This document shows positions 21,421 through 26,124 of a stretch of 26,124 nucleotides of DNA, piece by piece. The position numbers and the translations under genes are program-made. The notes under the pieces are model-generated. The model did not search any database and had not been told where the DNA came from. It saw only the letters and a program-made list of their open reading frames with translations. How positions within the stretch are numbered: the first letter of the stretch is position 1; each line of letters opens with the position of its first letter. The stretch is from Lama guanicoe (lineage: Eukaryota): assembly GCA_013239625.1 (NCBI GenBank), contig MU053184.1:264220-290343 (forward strand), written 5' to 3'.

Positions 21421-22109
21421 TCAATTTCAGTATCTGCCCTTTGAGATCCTACTAAGCTCACCCCACTTGTAGTAAGGTCCTCACAGGATCTGGGGATTGA
21501 GAGTATGAAGGGGAGAAGACTTGTGGCCACCCCCCCACCTCTGCCTCTGAGTTCTCATTTCAGGTTAATTCCCTCATTGATAGCTCATGTGTGTGAATCC
21601 AGGTCTGGCCTGTGATGATCTCATTACAGCCCTTAACTTCCTCATTGATTTCCATCCATGAACAATCACACGTATGAATTCCTCGCACAGGGCCTTTGTG
21701 AGGGAGGCAGACCTAAAACACTGAGGAGCAGAGTGAAGTAAACCATAAAGACTTGTCCTGAGAAATTCTGCTACTTGAAAATCCGTCCCTGCTGACCTAG
21801 GCACCAGGTTGGAGAGGCCACATGGAGGGCGCCACAGGGGAGGGACCTCTTTCTCCCTCCCATACTCCCTGCTTCCTCTAAGAAAGAAAAGGAAATCCTC
21901 TCACTTTCTGTAAAGCTCAATCAATTTGCCCTTGTCTTCCAGTTCTGCCTTTTCTTTCCAGACCTTGTCCGAGGCTTTGTGGTTTCACTGCCAAATAGCC
22001 CAATCATGTATTTTCCTCAGTGCGTTAGTTCCTTTCTAAGAGGAGTCCTGGTGCTAGTTGTTATGTTAACACATGCATTTAATCCCTCCACACTTGCAAG
22101 CCCTACAGA

Positions 22110-22360
22110 TTTCGATCTATCAAGAAGTGGTTGAACACCTACTGAGCTTGGCATGTGGCTGCTCACTATGGGATCTAAAAGAAAACAAAACAAGAAAACG
22201 ATGTATCCAAACTGGCACCTACTCAGGTGGTAAAACAAGATTAAAACACACAGAGAACTGTATTATAATTAACTGGCAACATGTATACCGGGAGAGGTTA
22301 AGAAAAGGAAGGACCCACCTGATACAGGGGGATCTTCACAGATGGTAAATCTTGAGAGGA
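22110..22360 (-). mobile_element. L2 LINE fragment (L2d-like)
   Basis: TTGAACACCTACTG...GGCATGTGGCT...CTATGGGATCTAAAAG...AAACAAGATTAAAACACA. Confidence 0.5.
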
Positions 22361-22848
22361 GCCGCAACAGGTAGGCTGCCTGCACCAGTATTTCTGGAGG
22401 AGTAGGTCATTTTCAAAGTCTAACAAACAGAGCTACCACCCTCTGAGAGGTGGAGTGATAGTCTATTTGAACACGTATCTCGTTGGGAAGTTCAGTTTGA
22501 GCCGATAGGTGATTCCAGCGCACAGGTAACACTGGCCCTCCCCTGGTTTCCCTCTGTTCTCCTTCTTGGTGAGCACTCACTGTAAACTGGCCCCATGGCA
22601 GGGCCACATCCTTACCATCGTGGAGCTGTGTTCTGGATAGTTCAGTCATGGGGCTGGTGGTTATGTGCTGAAATTCACCTACCATCAGAAACAGGCACCT
22701 GAGGTCTGGTTGTCAGCCCAGCTGCTTGGCTCAGTGGCACACATCCATGAGACTGTGACTGAGGGCAGAGCACCATCCACGAGTGGAGACACTGAGGAAA
22801 ATGCAAATACAAGCCCAGGACTTCTTAATCAGCTAGTATGCACTCTCG

Positions 22849-23370
22849 CATTCATTTTTTTCACAGGCCGTTTATAGAATGCTCAGTATGTGCCAGGGGA
22901 TAGAAAAGGGACTATAACTCATTCCAGAAGGGGGAGCCCTTCTGGAATTGCAGTCTTTCAAATCCCGCAAGACAACTACTGTGATAGAAATGGGTAATGA
23001 GAGCTCTGGGAGCACAAAGTAAGATGAAACTAACCATCTAGGTCTAAGGGTTATCAGGGAAGGCTTCACAGAGGAGGTGACTTTTTGAAGAGGAGTACCA
23101 ACTCTCTAAGCAGAAATAGAGAATATGGAATCTGTAAAAGCTTAAACATGTTTAAGCATCAAGAGCCTTCCAGAAATAGAAATTCAAAATAGCTTTTGTA
23201 AAACTGTTGAGGGTAGAGTACAAGAGAAGAGAGGGCAGAGTCAGAGACATCCATAGGTCAGATCTTTCATTAAACCATGTTTGAGATAAACAACAAGGTC
23301 CTACTGTATATAGCACAGGAAACTATATTCACTATCTTGTAATAACCTATAGTAAAAAGAATATGAAAAG

Positions 23371-23411
<41 letters not shown>

Positions 23412-23720
23412 TAACTGAATCACTGTGCTGTACACCAGAAACTAACACAACACTATAAATCAACTATACTTCAATTAAAAGAATTAAAAAAAAAACCCAT
23501 GTTTGGCTTTCATTCCATAGCAGTGGGGTGCTACTACTGGAGCAAAGGACTCAGATGTTCACACTGCCTCTTAGGCAACTCTGGTATTGGTGTGAAGGGT
23601 GCACTGAATGACAGGAGGCTGGTAAACAGTGAGACAGATCGGAAAGGGCTATGGTCATCCAAGGGAGATATGATGAGGGACTCAACTAACTGTGATTGGA
23701 GAAATACAGAGTTTGCCGAG
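22849..23720 (-). mobile_element. L2 LINE, interrupted by the L1 at 23284-23495
   Basis: CATTCATTT...TATGTGCCAGG...TGGGAGCACAAAG...TCAGGGAAGGCTTCACAGAGGAGGTGAC. It resumes after the L1 with GGCTTTCATTCCATAGCAGTGGGG...CAGGAGGCTGG...GTCATCCAAGGGAGATATGATGAGGG. Confidence 0.75.
23284..23495 (+). mobile_element. Short LINE-1 3' UTR insertion with an internal (TA)n tract
   Basis: ATAAACAACAAGGTCCTACTGTATATAGCACAGG...AACTGAATCAC...TCAACTATACTTCAA plus an A-rich tail. TSD AAACCATGTTTG (23272-23283) / AACCCATGTTTG (23494-23505) at a TT/AAA site. Confidence 0.93.
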
Positions 23721-25111
23721 CCCCGGTCTAGCTGTTGCTTCATAAAAGAAAAATGCCTTAGTTAGGAGTATGGTCCTGCTGTATCAGTGCACTTTCTTTG
23801 TAGTAAGAATTGTACCCTGAGATGAAAAAGAGAGGCATTTATCTCTAGTCTTCTGCTTGAAGGTGACCTGTAAGAACCCAGGATGGTGGCCGCGAGGGAG
23901 CTGCAGGCTGGTCTGCAAGCCCCTCTCCTCTCACAGTCACTGCCTGAAGATGCACCCGGTGGCTGAACAGCACGTGCCTCTTCTGCAGCCTCTCCTTAAC
24001 GGGATGAAGTCCCCGAGCACAAGGGGGAAAGTGGGCCACTCAGCACAGAAGTGATTATAAAAATTGACTTTTATGTTGGTTGTAGACTCTCTGACATGCC
24101 TCCCACCCCATGACGTGAGAAGGAAAAGTGTCACAGGTCTCCCCCAGAAGGCAGGATGCAGTGCTCGCCGGGAACTTCTGCCAGCCTGGCAATCTGGTGC
24201 TGCGGCCAAACGTGTCCTCCAGAAACGTGGAGCCGAAGGACATCCTGGCTGCCCCTTGCCTCCCTCCTCAGAGCTGCTATTCAAGAGTGAGCTCTCTCTT
24301 TGCGCCTCTAAATATTCCCTGAATCTTTATTCTGAGGTGTGAAGTTGTTTTGCCAGGGAGTTTAGATTTTGCAGCTGGGTTTGGGGAGGCAGCAGAGAAA
24401 GAGTCCAATAAAACTCCCTCCTCCTAAGCTACAGACACCAATTAAACAACCATGCTTGCACCTGGAATGGCAGAAATTGCTTTGAACTCCTTAATCTGTA
24501 GCCATAATTGCCAGATCATATGTAGAAATGTGGGATTTGGGAGTCCTTACAGATGATAGTGAAATGGCCCATTTATGGCCCTTCCTTGGCTAGAATGTTT
24601 CTTGAATGAGTTGTTTTCTGTTTATTGGCTCTGGCTGTATAGTGCCAAACATCTGATCAGTGGAGCCAGAATTTCCACCCGTTATTTGCTGAGCAATATG
24701 AAAATGAAATAATATGAAAATAATGGGGGAAAGGGTAATGTGTGTACAAGGGAGGGGTAGGAAGCGGGGGAGCTGTCTACACCATTCCAAACATTTAGAT
24801 TGGCTCAAGTTTTCACTTAATTGAAAAGCTCCTTCTCAATGATGTGTTGCGGACACAACTCTTTCGAGTGTCTGAGAGACTCTTAAGTCTGTTTTCATGA
24901 AAATTCGGTGGTGCCCTCCCTTCTTCTGGGTCAGGCAGTTACTTCGATCTTTCAGCTTGGGCTTTCTGAATATTTGGAATGTTATTCTAATGGTGGTGTG
25001 ATGAGCCCAAAATGTGCTCAATGAAAAATCAGGAAGCAAAGATGTGGTTTCCTCCCCGTCGAATTCCATGGAAAAGGCCCAGTGAATGTTAGTGGTCTCT
25101 AAAATTCCTCT

Positions 25112-25691
25112 AAATCCTGGAGGTTTATAGTAAATAACCAGGACCTTAGGTGAGAGATGTAAGGAAACAGAGAGTGACTTCAGCTGTCTCCCACCAGGCA
25201 TCATCTGAGCGGCACTGTCTATCCCTCTTTCGACTGCTTCCAAGTGAGCTATCTTTTGAGGTCAGGTTGTTTTGATTGCTTATTTTTTGTGCTAATATTT
25301 GATTGAGCCCTTCCCATATACCAGATGCTGCTTCACATTCATTATCTGACTCAGCCTTCAAGGTAGATACTGTTATTATTCCCATTTTACAGGTGAGAAA
25401 AAAAATCCTGGAGGTTTATAGTAAAAACCAGGACCTTAGGTGAGAGATGTAAGGAAACAGAGGCTGACTTCAGCTGTCTCCCACCAGGCATCATCTGTGC
25501 GGCACTGTCTATCCCTCTTTTGACTGCTTCCAAGTGAGCTATCTTTTGAGGTCAGGTTGTTTTGATTGCTAATTTTTTGTGCTAATATTTGATTGAGCCC
25601 TTCCCATATACCAGATGCTGCTTCACATTCATTATCTGACTCAGCCTTCAAGGTAGATGCTGTTATTATTCCCATTTTACAGGTGAGAAAA
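25112..25691. repeat. Head-to-tail tandem duplication, two copies of ~290 bp
   Basis: Copy 1 is 25112-25401 and copy 2 is 25403-25691. Manual alignment shows 6 substitutions and one 1-bp indel. Confidence 0.97.
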
Positions 25692-25715
25692 CTGAAACAC
25701 AGAGGGATCAAATAC
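25581..25715 (-). mobile_element. MIR SINE (part also duplicated at 25291-25401)
   Basis: GCTAATATTTGATTGAGC...AGGTAGATGCTGTTATTATTCCCATTTTACAGGTGAGAAAACTGAAACACAGAG. Confidence 0.85.
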
Positions 25716-26124
25716 TAGTGTGCCCATCCACAGTGCAGTCCCTGTCCCCTGGGTTTCCTTTACAGTTACTGTCTGCAGCGCAAATCTGGAAAATATCTGT
25801 CGTCTAATAAGTATTATATAACTTTGATAGTTTTGCTTGTTCTCTTTAATTACCATTTAATTCATGTCCTTTGTCTGTGAATTTTTTTCTCAAATATATT
25901 TTAAGTTATGGTAAAGGGCAGGCCACGTCTTCAGTATCTTTACATTTGTCATAGCTGTCCAAACTGCCTGAGAACCTGGAGGTGACACAGAGATGGCAGA
26001 AGCTGACCTGGGGGCTCGCTCCCGCACCCCATCTCCATCTGGGATGGGGAGGTGTGACTGGGTGCTCTGAAACATCTCAGTGCTGCTCAGAAATTTGGAG
26101 CTCTGGGTTATGGGTGAGGTGAGA

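Noticed and set aside
21818..21835. Second possible CTCF site (CACATGGAGGGCGCC)
   Set aside because: The 5' half of the core matches poorly.
21915..21965. Strong-looking splice acceptor TTCTGCCTTTTCTTTCCAG
   Set aside because: I found no convincing nearby donor or coding frame, so it cannot be supported without RNA data.
25146..25711. Two near-identical ORFs suggesting a tandem gene pair
   Set aside because: They are a by-product of the 290-bp duplication, and their N-termini derive from MIR sequence (LTCKMGII).
440..26075. All remaining short ORFs of 61-135 aa
   Set aside because: They show no recognisable domains, many use non-ATG starts or overlap repeats, and their lengths fit random expectation.
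1..26124. CRISPR arrays, operons, prokaryotic defence systems, tRNA/rRNA/snRNA genes, processed pseudogenes, CpG-island promoter
   Set aside because: The sequence is clearly mammalian. I saw no repeat-spacer array, no recognisable structural RNA, no non-L1 poly-A/TSD retrocopy and no true CpG island.

Overview
Mammalian non-coding DNA (intergenic or intronic) with no recognisable host protein-coding gene. The L1 3' UTRs are of cetartiodactyl type and resemble camelid L1. I see no Alu, B1/B2, SINEC, PRE1, Bov-tA or CHR SINEs, so a camelid is plausible but unproven. Much of the window is transposon relics: Tigger2, MER5A, MLT1B/J/K, LTR41, another ERV LTR, many MIR and L2 fragments, old L1M pieces, and four younger 5'-truncated L1 insertions with target-site duplications (TSDs). 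The only protein-like ORFs are L1 ORF2 remnants and a decayed L2 RT motif. The best candidates for follow-up are a palindromic, homeobox-motif-rich, MER121-like ancient element (~3630-3970), a twin-primed inverted L1 (1837-2943), a CTCF motif inside LTR41 (17992-18010), two motif-rich putative enhancers (~14340-14640, ~24400-24630), a perfect 12-bp hairpin (22921-22948) and a recent ~290-bp tandem duplication (25112-25691). I found no convincing evidence of a new biological system. Repeat family names come from recalled consensus features and old-repeat boundaries are approximate; both need RepeatMasker/Dfam confirmation.
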